From Phyllobates terribilis (Eukaryota), in contig NW_027362762.1 of NCBI RefSeq assembly GCF_046119375.1, forward strand, positions 129,704,001-129,768,000: DNA of 64,000 bases, in the 5' to 3' direction. Position 1 is the stretch's first letter. Each line of letters begins with the position of its first letter. The notes below the pieces were generated by a model that saw nothing but the letters and a program-made list of their open reading frames with translations, ran no database searches and was not told the DNA's origin. Below, piece after piece: positions 21,918 through 33,479 of the stretch. The position numbers and the translations under genes are program-made.

Positions 21918-24900
21918 ATGAAGAAGGCAGGGAGTAAGGCATGTGGGCGTGGGCGTGGGCGTGGAGTTTCTGCAGGGAGAGGACGTGAGGATTCTGTGCC
22001 TGCAGAGAGAGGACGTGGGGATTCTGTGCCTGCTGCGGGCACCAGTGACTCAGCATCCCCCAGTTTTACCAGGGAACAGTCCTTTATGCGCAGCTTTGTA
22101 GGAGCTAGCCGTACCCCACTGCTGCGCGAGGACCAAATTGAAGCCGTTGTCGGATGGATGGCAGCTAACGCATCGACTTCAATTAGTTCCAGATCCTCTC
22201 AGGTCCTGAGCACTGAAGAGCACCCATCTGTCTCTTCACCACCTGCCAAATTGCCCAGGCAGTCAGAGAGCCCTGGACAGGAGCCATCTCTACTTCTGTT
22301 CTCTGAATCTCTTGGCTTGGAAAGAGGGGGCCAGCCAAGCAGAATTCTAGAATTTGAAGAAGAGGTAGTATGCAGTGATGCGCAACCGTTTTGTCTCTCT
22401 GAATCTGAAGAGGCGGGTGGGCCAGTGCCTATGGTCAGCAGCACACCTCAGTACGCATCTGATGATGAGACTCAGGTGCCACTTTCTGGTGCGTACTGTG
22501 CTGTCAAGACTACCCAGGAGAAGCAGTTGTTTGAAGAGGGTGGTGTAGATGATGAGGTCCTTGACCCATCATGGCGTGAGGGACAGGAAGGTGGTGGGAG
22601 CAGCTCTGAGGAAGAGATTCCCCGAACGGCCCAAAAAGGAGGGAGAGGGAGGGGGCAGACTTGGTTGCCTGTAGCCTCCACTTCTGCACCCATTAGGAGC
22701 ATGGCTCTTCCAAAATCCAAAGCGGGCGCTCCCAAGACTTGCAGTGCCTGGTCCTTTTTTGACACAGTTGCAGATGACATTTGCTTTGTCAAATGCAAGC
22801 TGTGTAATCAGAAGGTGAAAAGAGGGAAAAGTGTCAGCAACCTCAATACCACAAATATGTGGAAACATGTGCGGACCAAGCACGTGGTGGAGTTACAAAA
22901 ACACACTGAAGACCTAGGCCAACCTACAGCGCCACCTACCACCTCTTCAGCTCGTGTTGTAGCCTCTTCCTCCAGCTCACACACAGCTGGGTCGGCTTCC
23001 TCACAGGATCGCCATGGAAGAATCTCTGGCACTGTTGTACAGAGACACAGTGTAATTCCACCCACAGCACCACTTTCCCAGTCATCCTCACACTCCCAGG
23101 CCAGTCTACAGTCATCGTTAGCACAGGCATGGGAGAAAAGGCGCCCATACTCGGCAAACCACCCCCGAGCACAGGCTCTGAATGCTGGCATTGCTAAACT
23201 ACTGGCCCTTGAAATGCTATCATTCAGGCTGGTGGAGACTGACACATTCCGTAACTTTATGGCATTGGCAGTCCCACAATACAACGTGCCCAGCCGCTTT
23301 TATTTCAGCAGGCAAGCCGTCCCTGCCCTGCAACATCATGTGGAGGGAAAAATTAAACATGCGCTACAAAACGCCGTCAGTAGCAAGGTCCACCTGACCA
23401 CCAATGCGTGGACCAGTAAGCATGGACAGGGACGATACCTTTCCCTCACTGCCCATTGGGTAAATGTTGTGGAGCCGGGTACAAATCTTGAGAGTGGCGC
23501 TGTACGTGTTCTGCCAACTCCAAGGATTGCAGGAATGCAGTCTGTACACATTGACTCCTCCTCATGCTCCAGTTCCTCTGAATCAGCGCTGCAGGAGCCG
23601 TCACGGTCTACCTCCACATCGACCCGTGAACGGTTACCTGTTATGATGACCGATATGAGCACAGCCGTGGCCAAACGTCAACAGGCCGTATTAAAATTAA
23701 TTTCTTTGGGGAATCGAAGCCACACAGCGCAGGAGCTCTGGAATGCCATCAAGCAGCAGAGCGACGTGTGGTTTGTGCCAGCGAATCTCCAGCCAGGCAT
23801 GGTAGTGTGTGACAATGGCCCAAAATCTGGTGGCAGCTCTGGGCCTAGGCAACCTCACTCACATCCCATGTCTGGCACATGTGCTCAACTTGGTCGTGCA
23901 GAGTTTTTTGAGGGACTATCCGGATCTTGATGCACTGCTTCACAAGGTCCGCATAGAGTGCGCTCACTTGCGGCATTCCAGCAATGCAAGATCACGCATT
24001 GCAGCTCTGCAGCGCCGATTACGTCTTCCGGAACATCGCATCATATGTGACCTACCCACCAGGTGGAATTCAACGTTACATATGTTGGAGAGGTTGTGTG
24101 AGCAGCAGGCAGCAGTAATGGAGTACCAGCTGCAGCAGGCGCAAACAAGTCGCAGTGCGCGCCGTTCACACTTCACCACCACTGAGTGGGCCTCTATGAA
24201 GGACATTTGCCACGTTTTGCGTGCCTTCGATTATTCCACGCGGATGGCGAGTGCAGATGATGCACTAGTCAGCATGACTATCCCCCTTATCTGCCTGCTT
24301 GAAAAAACACTGCAAGCACTAAGGGACGAGGTTTTGGAAGAGGTGGAGGATGAGGAGTCACAAATGCCATCTGCTTCTCTACAGTCTGCGCAACGTGGTT
24401 CCTCACAAAGGCCTAGGCAGGGGACACTTTGTGAGGAGGATGAGGAGGAGTCAATGGATGAGGAAGACATCTGTCCAGAGGAGGGAAGTACACAATGCTC
24501 TAGTAGTCAGTATCTAGAGCGAGGGTGGGGTGATGCAGAGCAGGCAGAGATCACGCCTCAAGCAGGGGACAGCGTTTCTTGGCCAGTTGGCAGTCTGCAG
24601 CACATGGTTGATTTCATGCTGCAGTGCCTGAGAAACGACCGCCGCATCGCCCACATTCTCAACACGGCTGATTATTGGGTGTCCACCCTCCTAGATCCTC
24701 GCTACCGGGACAACTTACAAAGCCTCATAACACCGTTGAACCGGGAGCGTAAAATGCGGGAGTACCAAGACGCACTGGTGCATTCCATCATGTTCTCCAT
24801 TCCAACCGAGAGCAGTGCTGCTAGTGCTTTACAAAGCAGCTCAGTGCGTCGAGGCAGTGGAGGAAGCTCTGCACAAAGAGGGAGCAGAAGCAGCGCCTCA

Positions 24901-25305
24901 GCACAAGGCAAGACCAGTATGGCCGAAATGTGGCAAAGTTTTGTGTCCCCGCCGCCACAAATGTCTACACCATCACAGACGGCTCCAGTCAGCAGGAGGC
25001 AATGTTTCCGTCAGATGGTGACAGACTACATGTCTTGCCCTCTTAGTGTACTCCCAGACGGCTCTTCTCCCTTCAAGTTTTGGGTCTGTAAGCTGGATAC
25101 ATGGCCAGAGCTTAGTCAGTATGCATTGGAGGTGCTAGCTTGCCCTGCTGCTAGTGTATTATCGGAACGCGTCTTTAGTGCCGCAGGTGGTGTACTAACA
25201 GACCGTCGCATGCGACTATCCTCCGATAACGTTGACCGGCTTACTTTTCTCAAAATGAACAAGGCCTGGATCTCTCATGAATTTGCCAGTCCTCTTCCAG
25301 AATAA
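21918..25305 (+). pseudogene. Near-intact hAT transposase (~1128 aa): one +1 frameshift (~23820) and first catalytic Asp changed to Asn
   Basis: BED finger WSFF..CKLC..KHVRTKH; HLTTNAWTS (AAT at 23403); VVCDNG; CLAHVLNL; PTRWNST; ASVLSERVFS; ORFs 21918-23930 and 23809-25305 overlap at the frameshift. Confidence 0.95.
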
Positions 25306-25371
25306 ATAATTGGTTGGCAACAGTATCCAGGTCTCCTGTTCTGTTCATGTTTCTACCACCTGAACTGTAAT

Positions 25372-27400
25372 CCCTGAGCTCCAACACCGCCAGTTGGCGC
25401 TCGGAAGTGTCGTCTGCACAGTCAACACTTGCTGCCGTGTTATTGGGGTTCAGTAACGTCAGCTGTTCCCCTGCTGTGCGGACGGCAATTTCTCCTGCTC
25501 TATCCACATTCTCACTACTACAGATTTGAAAGTTTCTCCAATTACACCTCTGGCTCCTCTGTTTTCAGTATTATCCCTGAGCTCCAACACCGCCAGTTGG
25601 CGCTCGGAAGTGCCATCTGCACAGTCAACACTTGCTGCCGTGTTATTGGGGTTCAGTAACGTCAGCTGTTCCCCTGCTGTGCGGACGGCAATTTCTCCTG
25701 CTCTGTCCACATTCTCACTACTACAGATTTGAAAGTTTCTCCAATTACACCTCTGGCTCCTCTGTTTTCAGTATTATCCCTGAGCTCCAACACCGCCAGT
25801 TGGCGCTCGGAAGTGCCGTCTGCACAGTCAACACTTGCTGCCGTGTTATTGGGGTTCAGTAACGTCAGCTGTTCCCCTGCTGTGCGGACAGCAATTTCTC
25901 CTGCTCTGTCCACATTCTCACTACTACAGATTTGAAAGTTTCTCCAATTACACCTCTGGCTCCTCTGTTTTCAGTATTATCCCTGAGCTACAACACCGCC
26001 AGTTGGCGCTCGGAAGTGCCGTCTGCACAGTCAACACTTGCTGCCGTGTTATTGGGGTTCAGTAACGTCAGCTGTTCCCCTGCTGTGCGGACGGCAATTT
26101 CTCCTGCTCTGTCCACATTCTCACTACTACAGATTTGAAAGTTTCTCCAATTACACCTCTGGCTCCTCTGTTTTCAGTATTATCCCTGAGCTACAACACC
26201 GCCAGTTGGCGCTCGGAAGTGCCGTCTGCACAGTCAACACTTGCTGCCGTGTTATTGGGGTTCAGTAACGTCAGCTGTTCCCCTGCTGTGCGGACGGCAA
26301 TTTCTCCTGCTCTGTCCACATTCTCACTACTACAGATTTGAAAGTTTCTCCAATTAAACCTCTGGCTCCTCTGTTTTCAGTATTATCCCTGAGCTACAAC
26401 ACCGCCAGTTGGCGCTCGGAAGTGCCGTCTGCACAGTCAACACTTGCTGCGGTGTTATTGGGGTTCAGTAACGTCAGCTGTTCCCCTGCTGTGTTCACGG
26501 CAATTTCTCCTGCTTTGTCCACATCCACTGTACTACACATTTTAAAGTTGCTCCAATTACACCTCTGGCTCCTCTGTTTTTATTCTTATCCCTGGGCTCC
26601 AGCACCGCCAGTTGGCGCTCAGAAGTGCCGTCTGCACAGTCAACACTTGCTGCGGTGTTATTGGGGTTCAGTAACGTCAGCTGTTCCCCTGCTGTGTTCA
26701 CGGCAATTTCTCCTGCTTTGTCCACATCCACTGTACTACACATTTTAAAGTTGCTCCAATTACACCTCTGGCTCCTCTGTTTTTATTCTTATCCCTGGGC
26801 TCCAGCACCGCCAGTTGGCGCTCAGAAGTGCCGTCTGCACAGTCAACACTTGCTGCGGTGTTATTGGGGTTCAGTAACGTCAGCTGTTCCCCTGCTGTGT
26901 TCACGGCAATTTCTCCTGCTTTGTCCACATCCACTGTACTACACATTTTAAAGTTGCTCCAATTACACCTCTGGCTCCTCTGTTTTTATTCTTATCCCTG
27001 GGCTCCAGCACCGCCAGTTGGCGCTCAGAAGTGCCGTCTGCACAGTCAACACTTGCTGTGGTGTTATTGGGGTTCAGTAACGTCAGCTGTTCCCCTGCTG
27101 TGTTCACGGCAATTTCTCCTGCTTTGTCCACATCCACTGTACTACACATTTTAAAGTTGCTCCAATTACACCTCTGGCTCCTCTGTTTTTATTCTTATCC
27201 CTGGGCTCCAGCACCGCCAGTTGGCACTCAGAAGTGCCGTCTGCACAGTCAACACTTGCTGCGGTGTTATTGGGGTTCAGTAACGTCAGCTGTTCCCCTG
27301 CTGTGTTCACGGCAATTTCTCCTGCTCTGTCCACATTCACTGTGCTACTTATTTAAAACTTGCTCCAATTAGGCCTCTGACTCCACTCTGTTTTTATTAT
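25372..27400. repeat. 203-bp tandem repeat x10 (two subtypes) in the hAT-B 3' region
   Basis: ORF track repeats with period 203; the GTGCGGACGGC/TTCTCACTACTACAG type switches to the GTGTTCACGGC/ATCCACTGTACTACAC type around 26450. Confidence 0.97.
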
Positions 27401-29130
27401 TTACCCTGGGTTCCAGCACAGCCAGCTGGTTCTCGGCAGTGTCTTTGGCACGGGTACTCCCTCCTGCCCAGCCTGGTTCCAGCACGCCAGCTGTTTCCGG
27501 GTAGTGTCAACGTCACTTTGCCTCCAATGCGTTGTCCTGTCGTGTTGCGGTCGGGTTAGCCGACTCTATGGTGCCTGCAGTTTAGGTGACTCCTATGTGG
27601 GCTGCGGGATCTGGCAATGAAGGCTGGTTCCATAGTGCCAATAGGACAAGCACCCCCTGTAGGACTGTGGGTTTTGGTAACTGCGGCCGGCTCGCGGACT
27701 TGAACTTTTTTTTACATGGGTACCTTCTGCTACCCATCCGGGTTCCAGTACCGTCAGCTGGTTCTCGGCAGTGCCTTTGGATTAGGTGCCTCCTTCTCGG
27801 TATCCAAGTTCCACCAACGTCTGCTGGTCCTTGGTAGTGCTTTCTGGCACAGGTACCTCCTGCTTAGTAACCGAGTTCCAGTAACATCAGCTGGTCCTCG
27901 GTAGTTCCATTGGCTCTTGTACCTTCTGCTACCCATCCGGGTTCCAGTACCGTCAGCTGGTCCTCGGTAGTTCCATTTGCTCTTGTACCTTCTACTACCC
28001 ATCCGGGTTCCAGTACCGTCAGCTGGTTCTCGGCAGTGCCTTTGGATTAGGTGCCTCCTTCTCGGTATCCAAGTTCCACCAACGTCTGCTGGTCCTTGGT
28101 AGTGCCTTCTGGCACAGGTACCTCCTGCTTAGTAACCGAGTTCCAGTAACATCAGCTGGTCCTCGGTAGTTCCATTGGCTCTTGTACCTTCTGCTACCCA
28201 TCCGGGTTCCAGTACCGTCAGCTGGTCCTCGGTAGTTCCATTTGCTCTTGTACCTTCTACTACCCATCCGGGTTCCAGTACCGTCAGCTGGTTCTCGGCA
28301 GTGCCTTTGGATTAGGTGCCTCCTTCTCGGTATCCAAGTTCCACCAACGTCTGCTGGTCCTTGGTAGTGCTTTCTGGCACAGGTACCTCCTGCTTAGTAA
28401 CCGAGTTCCAGTAACATCAGCTGGTCCTCGGTAGTTCCATTGGCTCTTGTACCTTCTGCTACCCATCCGGGTTCCAGTACCGTCAGCTGGTCCTCGGTAG
28501 TTCCATTTGCTCTTGTATCTTCTGCTACCCATCCGGGTTCCAGTACCGTCAGCTGGTTCTCGGCAGTGTCTTTGGCACGGGTACTCCCTCCTGCCCAGCC
28601 TGGTTCCAGCACGCCAGCTGTTTCCGGGTAGTGTCAACGTCACTTTGCCTCCAATGCGTTGTCCTTTCGTGTTGCGGTCGGGTTAGACGACTCTATGGTG
28701 CCTGCAGTTTAGGTGACTCCTATGTGGGCTGCGGGATCTGGCAATGAAGGCTGGTTCCATAGTGCCAATAGGACAAGCACCCCCTGTAGGACTGTGGGTT
28801 TTGGTAACTGCGGCCGGCTCGCGGACTTGAACTTTTTTTTACATGGGTACCTTCTGCTACCCATCCGGGTTCCAGTACCGTCAGCTGGTTCTCGGCAGTG
28901 CCTTTGGATTAGGTGCCTCCTTCTCGGTATCCAAGTTCCACCAACGTCTGCTGGTCCTTGGTAGTGCTTTCTGGCACAGGTACCTCCTGCTTAGTAACCG
29001 AGTTCCAGTAACATCAGCTGGTCCTCGGTAGTTCCATTGGCTCTTGTACCTTCTGCTACCCATCCGGGTTCCAGTACCGTCAGCTGGTCCTCGGTAGTTC
29101 CTCAGCCTTCTTGTACTTTCTGCTACATTT
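27400..29130. repeat. Complex repeat block: 265-bp units built from ~65-bp subunits, plus a 1127-bp-spaced duplication
   Basis: Identical ORFs at 27586/28713 (spacing 1127) and 27754/28019 (spacing 265). Confidence 0.92.
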
Positions 29131-29179
29131 CCAAGTTCAAGCTTTTTGAAATGGTTCTTGGTAATCACTCTGGATCTCC

Positions 29180-30060
29180 CTGACGAGGACCCTGAAGACG
29201 AGGACCCTGAAGACCAACCCGAAGAAGACGAGGACCCCGAAGACGATGACCCTGAAGACGAGGACCCTGAAGACCACCCCGAAGAAGACTAGGACCCTGA
29301 AGACGAGGACCCTGAAGACCACCCCGAAGAAGACGAGGACCCTGAAGACCACCCCGTAGAAGACGAGGACCCTGAAGACCACCCCGAAGAAGACGAGGAC
29401 CCCGATACGAGGACCCAGAAGACCAACCCGAAGAAGACGAGGACCCAGAAGACGAGGACCCGGAAGACGACCACCCTGAAGACCACCCTGAAGAAGACCA
29501 AGAAGATGACCCTGAAGAAGTTGACCAAGAGGACAAAGAAGAGAAGACAAGTACCAAGATACAGAAGAACAAGAGACAGAAAACCAAGAAGCAGAAATAC
29601 AAGAAGCTGCAGAACAAAAAGCGGAAGAACATTAAGCATAAGATTAAAATTCAGAGCAAAAGATAATATCTAAATTATAAGCAGAATATGACTAAGCAGT
29701 GTATGGGGGTGAGTCCGTTCCTCCTCGTGGTGCCCCTGGAAAAGACCTGCTGCTGCAGGCCAAACTGAACGCGGACAAATCCTGTTGTGAATCTTTTGTG
29801 ACGGGCAGAACGAAAGGTGTAATGTCCAACCTTTTATAGATAACAACTACAGGAATGCCTGTCACAAATAAGAATATGATGAAGAAGAAGAATATGAAGA
29901 AGATGAAGAAGTAGAATATGAAGAATGTAAAAAAAAGAATAATACGAAGAAGGTGAAGAAGAAGAAGGTGAAGAAGAAGTGGATGAAAAAGATGCTGAGG
30001 ATGATGAAGGAGAAAGTGTGGGAGAAGTAAAAAAGAAGGTGAAGAGCATGGAAGTAGTGA
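29180..30060 (+). repeat. Purine-rich, triplet-phased low-complexity tracts (GAC/GAG/GAA/CCT)
   Basis: Reads DEDPEDEDPEDQPEED... (29182-29635) and EYDEEEEYEEDEE...EEGEEEEG (29870-30060) with frameshifts and stops. Confidence 0.85.
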
Positions 30061-30807
30061 AACATAAATATCTGACAAAATATAAAAATACTTAACATAG
30101 TTAATATTTCCGTAACTCAGAACATCTTAAAAAAATAGTAATTCCTGCTATTCCATTTGATTGGGCTAAACCTCTATGCCTTTATTGTCTCCCCCACCTC
30201 CCCCAATACATTCTACATTATTCTTAGTTGTTTTCCTTCATGTAGAATTAACCTACAAGGAAAGAAAGGGTTTATTTTAATTCCGATATTTATGTCCCAT
30301 TGACTTGCATTGGTTTCCGGTATCGGAATCGGCGATATCCGATACTTTTTCGGTATCGGTCCGATTCAATCCGATCTGATATTTTCCGATATCGGAAGGT
30401 ATCGCTCAACACTAGTGATAACTTATTGATCGCTTGGGTCCGAACATTGGAAAACGCACCTATCGGAAGAATGGGGAAGTTTTATCCCTGACAGGACACT
30501 TATCCCAATTTTAAAATGCAGCGACAGCTGGGACGTCTGACCGCAGCTCCATTCATTCTCTTGGGGGCTTCCAAAAAAGAGCAGCGCTCACAGCCACTGA
30601 CGGAATGAATGGATTAGTGGTCGCATCTCACATGCAGCTTCAGTCTAATGGGGAGAAAAGCTCCACATTCTGCCAATTGTGTCCCAGCAGTCAGACCCCC
30701 ACCAATCAATATTATCACTGATCCTGTGGAGAGGTGATTACTTGTTTTCACCGGAGAACCCCTGGAAGTGCATCTCTGCTGCTCTGGTCTAAGTATTTAA
30801 TCTCTAA

Positions 30808-31010
30808 AGCCACGGCCCCACTATCAGTATTTGGTCAGTATCTGGTCAGTATTTTTTTTCAGGAGTGGGAGCCAAAACCAGGTGAGGAACAATCAGAGAA
30901 AAGGTAGAATAGAAACAAGTCACCAATTCTGCATTTATCACCCACTACTTGTTTTGGCAGCGACTCCTGAGAAAAAATACTAACCAAATAATAATGGTGG
31001 GGCTGTGGCC
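30808..31010. mobile_element. PIF/Harbinger-type MITE
   Basis: TAA|AGCCAC...GTGGCC|TAA, inverted arms CAGTATTTGGTCAG; near-identical inverted copy at 46685-46885. Confidence 0.8.
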
Positions 31011-31454
31011 TAATGGAAAAAAATCTTTTCCTAGTTAATATCAGCAAGAACAAAATGACCGCCATACAAAACACAGTTCACTATATCAACACCAATAATA
31101 CCACATACAAAAGGGACAAATATCATCACACCATGACTAGATCACATATTACCACCACATAGTGACCGAATAATACCACATACAAGGAACAAATACGGTC
31201 ACACCATGACCAGACCACATATTACCATTCCAAAGTGACCAAATACTACAATACTGATCATGAATACAAACCACAATACTAACAACACTGTTATTACCAC
31301 CAGCGACATTATACACAGGAGCTCTGTATATAGTGCCAGTGTGCAGGTAACACAGTGATCACCAGTGACATTATAAACAGCAGCTCTGTATATAGTGTAT
31401 ACGTAATACAGTGATCACCAGTGACATACACAGGAGCTCTGTATATACTATATA

Positions 31455-33037
31455 CACACGTGGTCAGAATTGTTGGAACCCCTCGTTTAATGAAAGAAAA
31501 ACCCACAATGGTCACAGAAATAACTTGAATCTGACAAAAGTAATAATAAATTAAAAATCTATGAAAAGGAAGAAATGAAAGTCAGACATTGCTTTTCTGC
31601 TTCCACAGAATTTTTAAAAAAATTAAACTCATGAAATAGGCCTGGAAAGAAATTATGGTACCCCTGAAAATAATGTGACAAAAGGGACATGTTAAATCAA
31701 GTTGTGTCCACTAATTAGCATCACAGGTGTCTACAATCTTGTAATCAGTCAGTGGGCCTGTATATAGGGCTACAGATACTTACTGTGAGGTTTGGTGACA
31801 TGGTGTGTACCACACTCAACATGGACCAGAGGAAGCAAAGGAAAGAGTTGTCTCAGGAGATTAGAAAGAAAATTATAGAAAAGCATGTTAAAGGTAAAGG
31901 TTATAAGACCATCTCCAAGCAGCTTTATGTTCCTTTTACTACACTGTGACATATTATTCAGAAACTTAAGATCCATGGGACTGTAGCCAACCTCCCTGGA
32001 CGTGGCTGCAAGAGGAAAATTGATGACAAATCAAAGAGACGGATAATATGAATGGTAGCAGAAGAGTCCAGGAAAACTTCTAAAGAGATTAAAGGTGAAC
32101 TTCAAGCTCAAGGAACATCAGTGTCAGATCGTACTATCCATCATTGTTTGATCCAAAGTGGACTTCATGGGAGACGACCAAGGAGAACACCATTGTTGAA
32201 AAAAAAAATAATAAAAAAGCCAGACTGGAATTTGCCAAACTACATGTTGACAAGCCACAAAGCTTCTGGGAGAATGTACTATGGACAGATGAGACAAAAA
32301 TGGACGTTTTTGGCAAGGCACATAAGCTCTATGTTCACAGACGGAAAAATGAAGCATATCAAGAAAAGAACACTGTCCCTACTGTGAAACATGGGGGAGG
32401 CTGTTATGTTCTGGGGCTGCTCTGCTGCATCTGGCACAAGATGTCTTGAATCTGTGCAGGGTACAATGAAATCTCAAGACTATCAAGGGATTCTAGTGAG
32501 AAATGTGCTGCCCAGAGTCAGAAAGCTTGGTCTCAGTCGCAGGTCATGGGTCTTGCAACAGGATAATGACCCAAGAATGGCTAAGAGGAAAACATTGGAC
32601 TATTCTGAAGTGGCCTTCTATGAGCCCTGACCTAAATCCTATTGAGCATCTTTGGAAAGAGCTGAAACATGACGTCTGGAAAAGGCAACCTTCAAACACG
32701 AGACAACTGGAGCAGTTTGCTCATGAGGAGTGGGCCAAAATACCTGTTGAGAGGTGCAGAAGTCTCATTGACAGTTACAGGAATCGTTTGATTGCAGTGA
32801 TTGCCTCAAAAGGTTGTTCAACAAAATATTAAGTTAAGAAGAACCATCATTTCTGTCCAGGCCTATTTCATGAGGTTAATTTTTTTTTTTTAATTCTTTG
32901 GAAGCAGAAAAGCAATGTCTGACTTTCATTTGTTCATTTTCAAAAATTTGTAATTTATCAGATTCAAGTTATTTGTGTGACCATTGTGGGTTGTTCTTTC
33001 ATGAAACAAGGGGTACCAACAATTTTGACCACGTGTG
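31455..33037 (+). mobile_element. Full-length Tc1 element with long (~200 bp) inverted repeats
   Basis: TA|CACACGTGGTCAGAATTGTTGGAACCCCT ... AGGGGTACCAACAATTTTGACCACGTGTG|TA. Confidence 0.95.
31821..32832 (+). pseudogene. Tc1 DD34E-type transposase pseudogene
   Basis: MDQRKQRKELSQE...GKGYKTISKQL; VLWTDETK; TVKHGG; LQQDNDP; WPSMSPDLNPIEHLW; ends KGCSTKY*; multiple stops, frameshifts and a short deletion after DNDP. Confidence 0.95.
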
Positions 33038-33479
33038 TAGTGTAAGTGTACATGTAATACACTGACTCACCAGTGACGTCTCTAGGTGAAGTCCTTCATC
33101 TTCGCTTTTCTTCTTCATCAGGTACAGACGGCCATCACTTCTTCCAGCCAGGAATCGTCTCTGCAGAAAATAACACACAGTCACCAATAACTGATCTCTT
33201 CTAGAGAATATTCCCACTCCCCCCCCGACTTCTACACTATACCAGTTGAAGAAAAAAAGCAACATAGTGCCATCCTGCACAGTAACAGGACTCCTCTTTT
33301 GTCCCATCCCATGGAAAACAGTTTCCTAAAAAGTAAATTATATTACAGAAGTAATAATGTAATAATAATAATTGGAATCTAAAGTAATAATGTTCCCCAC
33401 TGGCCACCACAAACTAATGAAGTATGTTCCTCAATCTGGCCCTCAAACAGTAATTAAGTCCCTTGTCCAGCCAGGCACC

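Larger units (their letters stand above)
20391..30414 (+). mobile_element. hAT DNA transposon B (10024 bp)
   Basis: TIR TAGTGTTGAGC / GCTCAACACTA, subterminal CCGATA-rich repeats at both ends, perfect 8-bp TSD GTGATAAC. Confidence 0.95.
20329..30763. mobile_element. T2-type MITE split by hAT-B
   Basis: Left TTAA|AGGGC...AAAACAAGTTATCACC...ATCC (20329-20390); right ...GGAGAGGTGATTACTTGTTTTCACCGGAGAACCCCT (to 30763). Confidence 0.6.

Noticed and set aside
25372-29130. Many repeated 60-136 aa ORFs
   Set aside because: They are translations of tandem repeat units on both strands with no recognisable motif.
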